From Candidatus Kapaibacterium sp. (GTDB taxonomy: Bacteria; Bacteroidota; Ignavibacteria; Kapaibacteriales; UBA2268): DNA of 64,000 bases. This document shows, piece after piece, positions 20,901 to 30,800 of this stretch. The first letter of the stretch is position 1; each line of letters begins with the position of its first letter. Under the pieces are notes generated by a model that saw nothing but the letters and a program-made list of their open reading frames with translations, was not told where the DNA came from and made no database searches. A program made the position numbers and the translations under genes. The DNA is taken from NCBI GenBank assembly GCA_013414795.1, contig CP058732.1, positions 1,097,744 to 1,161,743 on the forward strand, in the 5' to 3' direction.

Positions 20901-21880
20901 CATTTCCGAAGCATAATTATGGAATTCAAATAAAATCGAAAATTAATGTTTCATCTTATGACGAAAATAAGGGCTATAAAGATTATTCTATCGACATTGA
21001 AATACCAATTAAGTTCATTTTTGACTTGTACCCTGATGAACTAATTGATAATGCCGAGAAGCAGTTAGTTGAACAAATCCAAGAGATACCAAAATTGCAA
21101 CTGTTGGACAAGATTGAATCTTCAATTTCGAAAAATATTTTTTCATCAACAAAATTCAATATTTTTGCAACCGACACTGGGAATTATGTCAGAAGTTATT
21201 TTCTTGGAATTCATAGGAATTTAGTCGAATTAATGAAATCAAGTTTCGATGATGATTTCGAGGACAAGGACGACCTCATCTTGCCTTCTATTGTTGGGAA
21301 TACAATTCACTTTTGTCTTGAACGAATAAATGACTGGTACACCAGTGATGGTTTTCTTGTAGATAAACTTTACGAAACTATTGATACTGCACTTTATGAA
21401 CAAAAAAGGCAAATCCATCTTGACGTTCAAAGACAAATCGTCGAACAATGTTCAAATGTTATCCAGACTAAATTGTTCAAAAAATATGATGATTTAATAC
21501 TAACTGCCAAAAAAGAATTTGAACTCATATTTCCATTTGAGAACAATTACTTAATTGCGAAACTGGACATACTTTTCCAAAACGAGGATGGCAATTTTGA
21601 GATTTGGGATTGGAAATCGAACAATGTTCGTAATGTTGATGAAATAATTGTAGTAGCGGAATCTTATAAACTTCAAATGGAAACATATGCATTTGCTTTG
21701 TGGAATCTTTATCCTTCCCAAGATATTTTCAAGGCAAAGTTATTGTTTACTCGTTTGGCAAAACCAAATGCGAATGACGAAGAATGGACTTACGATTTTC
21801 GATGGACAAGGGATGATTTGTTCACAATTAAAAATAGACTAATAGATTACATTTCAAAAATAAACAACCTGGAATTTTAA
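17984..21880 (+). CDS. AddA-type UvrD-family helicase fused to C-terminal RecB-like PD-(D/E)xK nuclease, 1298 aa
   Basis: Walker A 'NANAGSGKTSVLVERY'. Motif II 'LLVDEFQDTDQIQ' about 390 aa later, an AddA-like long 1B insertion. Motif 'FIVGDEKQSIYSFRNAD'. C-terminal 'LDILFQNEDGNFEIWDWKSN' matches the RecB nuclease D-x-K motif. The ATGA start overlaps the upstream M15 gene. Confidence 0.75.
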   Translation: MKKVLTKEQIEALNLDLHIALNANAGSGKTSVLVERYFKILEKGLKEDQSLTPDNIVAITFTKKAAAEMLSRVVSKFSDNFNLEKIKEKSGKLDLSLIERLRLFRNKLTNARISTIHSFCLQIISNYPIESGIPVNFREISESERLQLLENAFNQTLMNWLDDTEKKKHLSDILSIISFNDLKEVTYKAISNIDLWEYLNELYSKSFDEYFDLLQRYVRKTYQNCLNQFCVQISITFQDDDNLQLSSDKVKILKDFLNESQRFKSDSYRELLFDNEFWELLGNFIGTVYTQNFTPRKKEFKDQDIYQQLQDISQRYKGILKFLLEIIEYHSLRVSMPKISGEEFDIERRYYETSKTIFSFIKDVNSLFAKLKYDEGFVDFSDMLVKTRDLFKNFPDILNEVRKEIKFLLVDEFQDTDQIQFEIVKMLVPSFASKETSIPNLFIVGDEKQSIYSFRNADVRVFKKAKEYITELNYDSGYDVGLLKLTTTFRLRPEIAGFVDKVFTNLMDYDIADPVSDFNINYEPFVIPEEKLNLNEAISSSVVPPITFLFEIEGEEANKRKKGLYNLKHSSLANSTNVNEDEIVDVGGVDEVETSTLPILIAKHIRYIVNNEDAKIFDKEKDCYRTVRYSDIALISRKTKDLAQIASVFSDFGIPFLFFGSKNFFSTREVRDIIAFLKFLVNPKDDVSLAGVLRSVFFAFTDELLTNIATVTNEKNVTFWEKLHLFKKYLEERVNSGATDEFREQLTRVNFAIEVMERLLQQVSILPINEIIHRILVETEWHKKVRVFQNAEQMLANIDELLDYARDYINIGFRTILDFLDDIDYISRQGIPDVDRFGFVASDAVTLLTFHSAKGLEFPVVYVHNIDYATRGADNVQISRELGLVFPIEILLDDEVIKFRTLQNLFVSKQLQMEEEAEELRILYVALTRASDYLIITGKLSEQKTKADKNSENVCKPRQKLKDIFDVLEISIPFPKHNYGIQIKSKINVSSYDENKGYKDYSIDIEIPIKFIFDLYPDELIDNAEKQLVEQIQEIPKLQLLDKIESSISKNIFSSTKFNIFATDTGNYVRSYFLGIHRNLVELMKSSFDDDFEDKDDLILPSIVGNTIHFCLERINDWYTSDGFLVDKLYETIDTALYEQKRQIHLDVQRQIVEQCSNVIQTKLFKKYDDLILTAKKEFELIFPFENNYLIAKLDILFQNEDGNFEIWDWKSNNVRNVDEIIVVAESYKLQMETYAFALWNLYPSQDIFKAKLLFTRLAKPNANDEEWTYDFRWTRDDLFTIKNRLIDYISKINNLEF

Positions 21881-21927
21881 TCTTTGAAATTTTTGTTAAT
21901 TTTATTGATTTGTTGATTTAAAAATGC

Positions 21928-22986
21928 TTGATTATGTTTAGAAAAGTTGATAAAACCAGACCACCATTTTGCAAAATTTCTGCCATTGGTCATTCAGAAC
22001 CAAGCGACTCTGAACTTTTTCAAGTGCTATCGCAAGAAGAATTCATACTTATGCTTCCCGACGAAGTTCGGAAAGAAATTCTAAAGGGCGGTGAACTACA
22101 ATTGAGCGAAGTTGTTTCTTCGTGGAACGAAATGATAACCGAAAGGCGAACTTTCTTCAAAGGTGAGGTTTGGGAACTTGGTAACTATTCGGTTAAAAGA
22201 ATGCTCGAAACTTCTAAATCCAAAGGGCTGGAGATTTCGCTTGATGATGTAGATGCAATAATTGGTGCAACCAATACTGGACCAATTTACCCAAGTTTGG
22301 CTGACCATATGAAGAATGAAATTGGGGTTAGGAACAACGCAATGTGTTTTGATGTAACCGAAGCCTGTACAAGCGGAAGTGTTGCAATGTTAAATGCATA
22401 TTCTTTGATTAAAAGCGGTGTTTGCGAAAAAATTCTTGTAGTTTGTTCGGAAAAAGCAACTACACTAACAGATATTAACGATTGGAAAAGTAGCAATCTT
22501 TTTGGAGACGCAAGTTTTTCAGTTCTTTTGGAAAAAAGCGAAAATCCCGAAGACGAATCATTTGAATTTTTCAACTTTAATTCCTATCCATTCGATGGTA
22601 ACATAAAATATATTCGTCGTGCAGAAAAGGGTTTTGTCCAAGATGGACGCAAGGTCCACCTTTTCGTCGTTAAAACTGTTGTCGAAGAAGTGGCTCGGTC
22701 TTTGCAACTTGCCGAAATTTCGCCAGACGTAATTAAGCATTTTGTTTTCCACCAACCAAGTTTGAAAACAACATCTTCTTTGGAAACTTATCTACGCCTG
22801 AACATTGAAGGTCTTGGCGGGCAATTTCATTACAGTTCCGATGTGGGAAATGCTTCGAGTGCAAGTTTCGGCAATTTGTTATCCAAACTTTACCACAATG
22901 GCACAATTAAAAATGGTGAATTTGTTTTGACTTGTACCTTTGGTGCTGGTTTAAGCATTGGTATTATCGGTTTGCGATTCAATTGA
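21928..22986 (+). CDS. KAS III (FabH)-like thiolase-fold condensing enzyme, atypical active site
   Basis: 'FDVTEACTSGSVAM' (Cys), 'FVFHQPSLK' (His, but Asn of HQAN replaced by Ser), 'GNASSASF' (Asn loop). Confidence 0.55.
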   Translation: MIMFRKVDKTRPPFCKISAIGHSEPSDSELFQVLSQEEFILMLPDEVRKEILKGGELQLSEVVSSWNEMITERRTFFKGEVWELGNYSVKRMLETSKSKGLEISLDDVDAIIGATNTGPIYPSLADHMKNEIGVRNNAMCFDVTEACTSGSVAMLNAYSLIKSGVCEKILVVCSEKATTLTDINDWKSSNLFGDASFSVLLEKSENPEDESFEFFNFNSYPFDGNIKYIRRAEKGFVQDGRKVHLFVVKTVVEEVARSLQLAEISPDVIKHFVFHQPSLKTTSSLETYLRLNIEGLGGQFHYSSDVGNASSASFGNLLSKLYHNGTIKNGEFVLTCTFGAGLSIGIIGLRFN

Positions 22987-23082
22987 TTTTCTAATTGCTT
23001 TGGCAAAACCAATTGAATAATTATTACTTGACTTGCTTGGAAGAAAATTAATTTACATTTCTAATGAGTAAAAATAAACCAG

Positions 23083-24723
23083 TTAAGTTTTTTTAAGAAA
23101 TTCTTGGTTTATTTCGATAATTGTTAAGTCGTTCTTGTGTTGATTTATCCAATTAAGCACTAATCGAATCTCTTCTATATCTTCGTTTTCATATTCATTT
23201 TTGTAAAGATAACCATTGAAATAAATATCGTAGATTTTACTTTTAATTTTGTTTATGTTAAAAGAGCCATTTATTGAAGTATCCCAAGCAAGCCGTCCAT
23301 TTTTGATGAAAAGTATTTCGTAGGCATTTTTCCCATTGTTCCTTGGGTTTATTGCAATGAAGTTTTTCTGGTCAAGCATTGGTATTCCTTTTTTGGGATT
23401 TTCCAACACTTTTCTTATTTCGCTTAAATGATTTTTAATTTCATTTGCCAATTCAAACTGGAAATTATCTACGTAATCAAACATCTTCCCTTCAAGGAAA
23501 GAAATAATTCCACCATCAACATCGGTGAGAAACTTTTTTACCTTTTCGATTTCATCATTGTATTCCCTTTCGTTAAAATTCACAAGGCAGGGAGCAAGGC
23601 ATTGCTTTGTTTGAAAATATAGGCAAGATGTTTCTGGACTCTTTCTGTCAAGTTCCTTTTCGCACTTCTTTAGTTTAAACTTTTTGTAAATAATCTCAAT
23701 AATTAATTCAGCGGTTTCAAAACTTTTGAAAGGACCGAAGCATTCGCCGACTTCTGGATTTGGATTGTAAGTTATTTGAAAAACTGGATACTTTTTTTCG
23801 TATGGAATTTGAATGAAAGGATAGTGGCGATAACGCTTGCTTAAAATGTTAAATTCTGGTTTATGCGATTTGATTTCTTTACTTTCCTCAATCAAAGCAC
23901 GAAGTTCTGTCTTGGTAGTTTTCCATTTGATTTTTTTGGTCGAGCGAAGAAGCCGTAGAATTTTGCGAGAAGTGGTTACAGTGAAGTAACTTTGCAATCT
24001 TTTCTTAAGTGATTTTGCTTTTCCAATATAAAGAATTTTGTTGTTCTTGTCGAGAAAATAATAAATTCCAGGTTCGTCGGGAATCTGTTCAGTGGTAAGC
24101 AATTGCGTGTTCAACAGTTTTTGTGCAATGTTGAATGAGTAGAGAGACTTGTTTTGAAATTGCAACAGTTCATCGATTGTGGTAACATTATGTTCCGATT
24201 CGGCTATTTCGAGCAACTCGATAAGGATTTGTGCTGTTGCACGAGCGTCCCCAAATGCACGGTGTCGGTTTTTAATCGTAATGCCAAGATATTCGGACAA
24301 CGAGCCAACATTTTTCTTGTTGGTTCCATTGATTAATCTTCGAGCAAGTTTTAAAGTGCACAGTTTTGGAATTTCTGGAAATGGTTCACCAACGCTTTCG
24401 AATGATTTTTTAACAAAATTGTAGTCGAAATTAACATTGTGTGCAACAAAGACAACGTTTTTTTCGGTGAAGATTTTTTTCAACTTTCCAACAATTTCAT
24501 AAAAATCTGGTGCATTGAAAACCATTTCGTTCGTTATCCCAGTCATCTGCGAAATGAAGTAGGGAATGTGTTGGTGTGGATTGACAAGGGATGTAAACTC
24601 ATCGACAATAGTGCCATCTTTTATGATTATGCAAGCAATTTCAATTATTCTACCATTGTCGGGACTAGTACCTGTAGTCTCTACGTCTACAACAACGTAA
24701 TTTGTATCCCAGATGGAAATCAT
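23083..24723 (-). CDS. DnaQ-like 3'-5' exonuclease fused to GIY-YIG (UvrC N-terminal-like) nuclease domain
   Basis: Exo I 'VVVDVETTG', exo III 'HRAFGDARAT'. GIY-YIG block 'PGIYYFLDKNNKILYIGKAKSLKKRLQSY'. Confidence 0.75.
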   Translation of the reverse strand: MISIWDTNYVVVDVETTGTSPDNGRIIEIACIIIKDGTIVDEFTSLVNPHQHIPYFISQMTGITNEMVFNAPDFYEIVGKLKKIFTEKNVVFVAHNVNFDYNFVKKSFESVGEPFPEIPKLCTLKLARRLINGTNKKNVGSLSEYLGITIKNRHRAFGDARATAQILIELLEIAESEHNVTTIDELLQFQNKSLYSFNIAQKLLNTQLLTTEQIPDEPGIYYFLDKNNKILYIGKAKSLKKRLQSYFTVTTSRKILRLLRSTKKIKWKTTKTELRALIEESKEIKSHKPEFNILSKRYRHYPFIQIPYEKKYPVFQITYNPNPEVGECFGPFKSFETAELIIEIIYKKFKLKKCEKELDRKSPETSCLYFQTKQCLAPCLVNFNEREYNDEIEKVKKFLTDVDGGIISFLEGKMFDYVDNFQFELANEIKNHLSEIRKVLENPKKGIPMLDQKNFIAINPRNNGKNAYEILFIKNGRLAWDTSINGSFNINKIKSKIYDIYFNGYLYKNEYENEDIEEIRLVLNWINQHKNDLTIIEINQEFLKKT

Positions 24724-24760
24724 TTTTTAAAAAAAGCAAAATTATGAAATAATTCGGAAA

Positions 24761-25753
24761 TTAATTGTTTTCTGCAACTCGTTGGTGAGGTGTGGGTAAT
24801 GATTCGAATGTAAATTCCAGCGGATTTGGCTGGACAATTTCAATATTAAATCCATTAGCAATATGTTTCTGTGCTTTTTTGGAATATCGAATGAGTAAGT
24901 CTTTTATGTACTCTAACGTTGGGGTTCCTTCGACGACAACTGCTATTGGGGCTGGAACAGACAGAGTAAAAACTGGAAGTTGGTTTCTAACCAAATTAAA
25001 AAGTTTTACGTTTTCTTTGTGATTTCGTCCTAAAACAATCCAACTATCGTTGGTAAAGAAGTGCCTTCCTTGCACCGAGAGTTTTGCTGTCAAAGGGTTT
25101 AGAGTCCGCTTCTCTTTTAGAATTTTTAGCATTCTTCGTCCAATTTCTGGGTCAGTCAACAAACAACCACCAGCGGGAGTGGGGAAATTTTTAATATTAA
25201 ATTTTTTTGCTAATTGAAATTGCATCTGTCGATTTCTTCCAGAAATACCGTAAAGTTTCTCTCTATCTATCCAGCCAAGTCTTTCGGGAAGTGATGGGGG
25301 AAGCAATTTGGCACTAAGTGGTCTTACAAGTAAATCGTCTGCACCCGACTCGTCTTTAATCACTTCCATTGCCCATTTGTTTTGACTTTTCGGTCTTTGT
25401 CCGAGGACCTCTCCTGTAACAATAAAATCCGCTTGCAATTCATTCAGAAGTTTTTTTGTTTTCGAAATCATAAATGTTTTACAAGCAACGCAAGGATTTG
25501 CAAGGCAACCAAAACCGTACCGTGGCTTTTTTAAAATTGAAAGATATTCTTCTGTGATGTCGATTAGATATGACTCTTGGAAACCCAAACTTTTGCAATA
25601 TTCATAATATTTTTGTGGATTATTATGGTACTCCCAGTTAAAGAATGGTGTTATATATGTAATCGGAACAACTTGAATGCCTTGGCTTTCAATGATTTTG
25701 CCTGCTAAAAGACTATCCAATCCCTTCGAGAAAAGAAGTAGTGCCCTTTTCAT
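24761..25753 (-). CDS. ThiI/MnmA-like PP-loop ATP pyrophosphatase (tRNA thiolation superfamily) lacking THUMP domain
   Basis: N-terminal PP-loop-like 'ALLLFSKGLDSLLAG'. Cys pair 'NPCVACK'. 'VTGEVLGQRP' resembles the ThiI 'TGESLGQVASQT' block. Assignment tentative. Confidence 0.4.
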   Translation of the reverse strand: MKRALLLFSKGLDSLLAGKIIESQGIQVVPITYITPFFNWEYHNNPQKYYEYCKSLGFQESYLIDITEEYLSILKKPRYGFGCLANPCVACKTFMISKTKKLLNELQADFIVTGEVLGQRPKSQNKWAMEVIKDESGADDLLVRPLSAKLLPPSLPERLGWIDREKLYGISGRNRQMQFQLAKKFNIKNFPTPAGGCLLTDPEIGRRMLKILKEKRTLNPLTAKLSVQGRHFFTNDSWIVLGRNHKENVKLFNLVRNQLPVFTLSVPAPIAVVVEGTPTLEYIKDLLIRYSKKAQKHIANGFNIEIVQPNPLEFTFESLPTPHQRVAENN

Positions 25754-25772
25754 TTGTTCCGTTAACTTCTTA

Positions 25773-26939
25773 TCAACTAAAAACGTCTCTCACTTTTGAA
25801 AAAAAGTCCTTATGTTTTGCATCAGAGTTTTTAGGTTTAATATTTTCGCTATTGAGGAGTTCTTTTAAAAGAGATTTTTCTTTACTCGAAAGATTAGTTG
25901 GAATGTAAACATTTACAACAACAATTTGGTCGCCTTTCCCGTATTGGTTTAGATGGGGTATTCCTTTCCCCGTAAGTTTTATTTTGGTTCCGGGTTGTGT
26001 GCCTGGTTCAATTTTTATTGTTTCCTTTCCATACAAAGTTGGAATTTCAACTTTGGCTCCCAGTGCTGCTTCTGGAAAACTTATTAATAGGTTATAATAA
26101 ATGTCGTCACGGTGGCGTTCGAAATATTCGTGTTTTTTCTCTTCAATTACAATGATTAAATCACCTGGTTCGCCGCCGCGTTTCCCAGCATTCCCCTTTC
26201 CTTGCAATGGAATATAGTTGCCGTGTTCAACTCCGGCTGGTATTTTGACTGTAATAGTATCTTCACCATTGACCCTTCCTTCACCATTGCAAGCGGTGCA
26301 TTTTTCAGCAACTACTTGTCCGCTTCCCCCACAAGTTGAACAAGTTGAAATGTTAATAAATTGCCCAAAGAAAGAACGCGAGACGTGGCGAATTTCCCCA
26401 CTACCATTGCAAGTTGGGCAAGTTTTGTATCCAGAGCCTCTTTTCGCACCCGTTCCACCGCATTCGGGACAAGTTATATATTTTTTTAGTTTAATTGTCT
26501 TTTCTGTCCCAGTGGCAATTTCTTCAAGTGTAAGTGGTAAACGAATTCTTAAATCGGACCCGCGTTCTCCAATTGAAACAGTTCTTCTTCGACTGCCTCG
26601 CGAACCAGTTCCAAAAAATTCATCGAAGATACTTCCACCAAAGCCTCCAAAAATATCGCTGAATGCAGAAAATATATCATCAACAGTTGTATAAGTATGG
26701 TAATCGTAACCACTTCGCAAGCCTTCGTGTCCAAATCGGTCATATCTTTCTCTTTTCTCTGGGTCGCTCAAAACTTCGTATGCTTCTGCCGCCTCTTTGA
26801 ATTTTTCCTCAGCTTCTTTGTCGCCCGGATTTCGGTCTGGATGGTATTTCATCGCAAGTTTTCGATAGGCAGATTTTATCTCTTCCAGTGAGGCTGTTCT
26901 TGGAACTCCAAGTATTTCGTAATAATCTCTTTTTGCCAT
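25773..26939 (-). CDS. dnaJ: molecular chaperone DnaJ
   Basis: J-domain '[34 protein letters not shown]'. G/F region. Four CxxCxGxG zinc-finger repeats. Confidence 0.92.
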   Translation of the reverse strand: MAKRDYYEILGVPRTASLEEIKSAYRKLAMKYHPDRNPGDKEAEEKFKEAAEAYEVLSDPEKRERYDRFGHEGLRSGYDYHTYTTVDDIFSAFSDIFGGFGGSIFDEFFGTGSRGSRRRTVSIGERGSDLRIRLPLTLEEIATGTEKTIKLKKYITCPECGGTGAKRGSGYKTCPTCNGSGEIRHVSRSFFGQFINISTCSTCGGSGQVVAEKCTACNGEGRVNGEDTITVKIPAGVEHGNYIPLQGKGNAGKRGGEPGDLIIVIEEKKHEYFERHRDDIYYNLLISFPEAALGAKVEIPTLYGKETIKIEPGTQPGTKIKLTGKGIPHLNQYGKGDQIVVVNVYIPTNLSSKEKSLLKELLNSENIKPKNSDAKHKDFFSKVRDVFS

Positions 26940-26964
26940 CGCTTTTCCAACTAATTAAACAATT

Positions 26965-27702
26965 TTACTTACTTTCGCCATCTCCCCCAGTAGGTCCAGA
27001 AGATGTAATTACTTTTGTGTGTCGGAGAACTTTGTCGAAATATTTGTATCCTTTTTGCAACTCCTGAACAACATAGCCTTCGGGTAGTTCAGATGGCACT
27101 GTCATTAGTGCGTCGTGAAGTTCAACATCAAAAGGTTTTCCAACTGAATTTTCGATTTCAACAACGCCAGCCTGCTCGAATAGTTTTCTTGCTTTGTTCC
27201 AGATTAACTCCAAGCCCGTTAAGAGCGAATTAAAGTCGGAATTTTGTTTTGCGGCTTGGACAGCATTTCCTATGTCGTCTAATATTTCAAGAAAGGTAAA
27301 CAACAGTTTTTCGTTTCCATACTTTACCAAATCTTCTTTTTCCTTTTGAGTTCGTTTACGGAAGTTTTCGAACTCGGCAACTCTACGCAACAATTGTTCT
27401 TGAAGTTCCTTTTTTTCTTTTTCTAATTGCTCGATTGTAGTTTTTAGTATTTGTATTTCTTCTTGGAGTTGCTTGATTTCGCTTTGTTCTGGTTTATGCA
27501 ATTCTTGTTCAACTGCTTGTTTTTCTTCTTGGTTTAGAACTTTATCCCCTTTTTGAATTTCCTTGTCTTGAATTTCCTCTTCTTGGGATGAAATTGGGAT
27601 AGATTTACCACCTTCGTGTTTTAGGTAAGTATTGAAAATATCTTTTGCTTTATTGGTCGTTTGCCTTAAAGGCTTCTTAACATTACCATCTTCCATAGTC
27701 AT
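26965..27702 (-). CDS. grpE: nucleotide exchange factor GrpE
   Basis: Coiled-coil N-terminus followed by 'LLRRVAEFENFRKRTQKEKED' and a C-terminal beta-domain. Immediately upstream of dnaJ on the same strand. Confidence 0.88.
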   Translation of the reverse strand: MTMEDGNVKKPLRQTTNKAKDIFNTYLKHEGGKSIPISSQEEEIQDKEIQKGDKVLNQEEKQAVEQELHKPEQSEIKQLQEEIQILKTTIEQLEKEKKELQEQLLRRVAEFENFRKRTQKEKEDLVKYGNEKLLFTFLEILDDIGNAVQAAKQNSDFNSLLTGLELIWNKARKLFEQAGVVEIENSVGKPFDVELHDALMTVPSELPEGYVVQELQKGYKYFDKVLRHTKVITSSGPTGGDGESK

Positions 27703-27869
27703 TTCCTACTTAATTATTTATTGATAAACGAAAAAAAGATAATTTTGTTTTTTTGGAAAAATTTATAAGTTTTGTAAATATTGCTTTCAAAAAATTTTTA
27801 AAAAATTTATTAAAAATTTACTTTTTTTGGCAAATTTGCTTTTTTTTGTATAACTAATAAGGAATTTTT

Positions 27870-30800
27870 ATGAAAAGAATTATCAAACTCGCTTTTCTAC
27901 TTTTGTTTGCTGTTACATACTTTTCGCTTTCGCAAGGTATTACGACTTCATCAATTTCCGGCACCGTCGTCGATATTGATGGAAAACCGCTTGTGGGCGC
28001 AACTGTCAAAGCAACACATCTCCCCTCTGGAACAGTTGCTGGCGTTATGGTGAAAAGCAAAGGGAACTTTACCATTCCCGGCTTGCGACCCGGAGGACCC
28101 TACAAAGTTGAAGTTACGATGGTTGGTTTTAAGCCTGAATCCAAAGAAGATATATATTTGACAGTTGGCCAAGAGTTTTCACTTCGCTTCGTCCTGCAAC
28201 CAAAAGATATTCAAACTCGTGAAATCCAAGTTATAAGCGACAGGAACGACATTATCAGTAGCAATAGAACTGGTGCTTCGCAAACTGTAACCGAGGTGGA
28301 AATTGCTACTTTACCAACGATTGCCCGTTCAATTCACGACTATTCTCGTTTATCACCTCTTGTTATTTCTTCAACAAGCGAAGGTTCCAACGTTGGTGCG
28401 AGAAATAGTAAATATAATAATATCCAAGTTGATGGGGCAGCCCTTGGCGACGCATTTGGTTTACCAACCTCTGGAACTCCTGGTGGTCAGGCTGGTGCCG
28501 AGCCTATATCGTTGGACGCAATTGAGGAATTCCAGGTATCTATTGCTCCGTTCGATGTTCGCCAAGGTATGTTCACTGGCGGTTTAATAAATGCTATTAC
28601 TCGTTCTGGCACAAATAAATTGCGAGGAAGTGTCTATTTTTATGGTAGGAATCAAAACTTTGTTGGAAAAAGTCCAATTCCAGATGCAAACGGAGTTCGT
28701 CAACCTTATCCCGATTTCAGCGATTATTTCATTGGTGGCCGAGTTGGAGGTCCTATCATAAGCAACAAATTATTCTACTTTGTTAATGTGGAAACCAAGA
28801 ATAGAAAAGATCCACAGCGTGTTGGTTTGGCGGGGGACCAAGGTTACCCATTTAATTTTAACGTTCCTCGGGACACTCTGGAAAAAATTCGCCAAATTGC
28901 AATTACTAAATATGGCTACGACCCAGGCTCTTACGATCTTTACACTCGAAAGACCGAAGACATTAAATTGTTCTTGCGTGCAGATTACAACATAAATCAA
29001 AACAACCGACTTACCCTTCGCCACAATTTCGTAAAAGCAAATCAAGGCAATGCTGTCACCCGTTCCCAGTTCGCTTTTTCATTCTCTGGTCAGGAATATA
29101 TATTTAATTCAATGCAAAACCAAACTGTTCTTCAATTGAACAGTATTTTTGCAAGCAATATGGCGAATGAACTTCGATTGGTTTATACTGCGATTAGAGA
29201 TAAAAGGGACCCTGTATCTAAACCTTTTCCATCGGTAGCCATATATGATATCGGACCAAAAGGTGAGGATGTTTATCTTGGGGTTGAAAGATTTTCTCAA
29301 GCAAATGCTTTGGACCAAGATATTATCGAATTAACAGATAATTTTACTTATTTCTTTGGCGACCACACATTTACAATTGGTACAAGCAATCAATATGTTG
29401 CTTTCAATAATTTATTCTTGCAAGATTATTATGGAAACTATGGATTTAATTCAATTGCAGACTTCGAGGCTGGTAAACCTTCTCAATACCAATTAAGTTA
29501 TTCTTTGCTTTCTGGGGAACCTCAACCCCGAGCCAAGTTTAAATATTTCCAATTGGGTTTCTATGCACAGGATGAATGGAAAGTTCTGTCGAATTTAAAA
29601 CTTACTTTTGGACTCCGAGCGGATATGTTTGCATTTCCTGAAAACCCACCACAAAACGACTCTTTAACAAAATATTTCCCCGATTTACGAACAGATGAAT
29701 TGCCAACACCGATTGCATTTTCTCCCAGAATAGGATTTAATTGGGACGTTTTCAAGGACAAGACTTTGCAAGTGCGGGGTGGCATTGGTTCATTCTCTGG
29801 TAAGACGCCAGGCGTTTGGATTTCTAATCAATTTTCCAATACAGGGACTGATATCGGAAGAATTGATGTGCGTAATCCCAAAATAACGTTCGAACCCGAC
29901 CCATTCAAGCAAATAACCAAGGTTGACTCTTTAACCCCAATAAGAACAACGGAAATTAACATTACAGATAAAAACCTTAAAATGCCCCAAGTTCTTCGTT
30001 TCAACCTTGCAGTAGACAAGGAATTGCCCTATGGTTTCATCGGAACAATAGAATTCCTTTATGGAAAAACACTTTATGATATGGTTTATAAGAACTTGAA
30101 TAGGCAAATTTTAAAAGCCTCGAACGGTCAAGATTCGACATTGCCCGATGGCAGACCAGTTTACAGTCGGTTCGACGTAAGTCCATTGTTTACAAATGTC
30201 TTGTTAATGACAAATACAACTAAAGGATATCAAACCAGTATTACCTTCCAAATTCAGAAACAATTTGGGAAAGGAATTCTTCCCGATTTGAGTTTCAACT
30301 TTGCTTACACTTGGAGCCGAGCAAAAGATGTTAATAGTTTAACTTCGAGCCGTGCAATTTCAAACTGGCAGTACAATAGAGCAATTGATCCAAATAATCC
30401 AGAACTTGGAACCTCACTTTTCGAAATTCCACATAGAATTCTTGCAAATCTATCTTATAGGTTCAATTACGGAAATGGATTTTCAACATCCTTTGGTATC
30501 TTCTACGAAGGTCGAAGCGGTGCTCCTTTCTCGCTTGCTTATTCCAATGATGCCAATGGAGACCGAACACCAGACAGAAGAGCAACTAACGACTTGGTCT
30601 ATATCCCACTTGCCAAAAATGACCCAGTGATGGTGCTAAAAAATGGTAACTGGGATGAACTAAATGAATTTATTAGTTGGTTCCCAAGCCTTGAAGACCA
30701 GCGTGGGAAGATTTCCGAAAGAAATTCTTTACGACAACCTTGGTATAACCAATTGGATTTAAGAATAACCCAGGAATTTCCAACTCTTCGAGGACAGTCG

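Noticed and set aside
23071-23115. Possible hairpin at the convergent junction of the KAS III-like and DnaQ-GIY-YIG genes
   Set aside because: Stem is imperfect (AAACCAG vs CTTGGTTT) with a 23-nt loop and overlaps the stop codon at 23083-23085. Too weak to call a terminator.
26218-26694. 158-aa ORF antisense to dnaJ
   Set aside because: Lies entirely inside the well-supported dnaJ gene in its GC-rich Cys/Gly zinc-finger segment. Pro/Ser-rich low-complexity translation. An artefact of composition.
27703-27869. Repetitive AAAAATTT-type tracts between grpE and the TonB-dependent receptor; searched for CIRCE (TTAGCACTC-N9-GAGTGCTAA) and Fur-box
   Set aside because: No CIRCE inverted repeat found. 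Only a partial GATAAT Fur-like half-site. The tracts look like ordinary AT-rich divergent promoter DNA.
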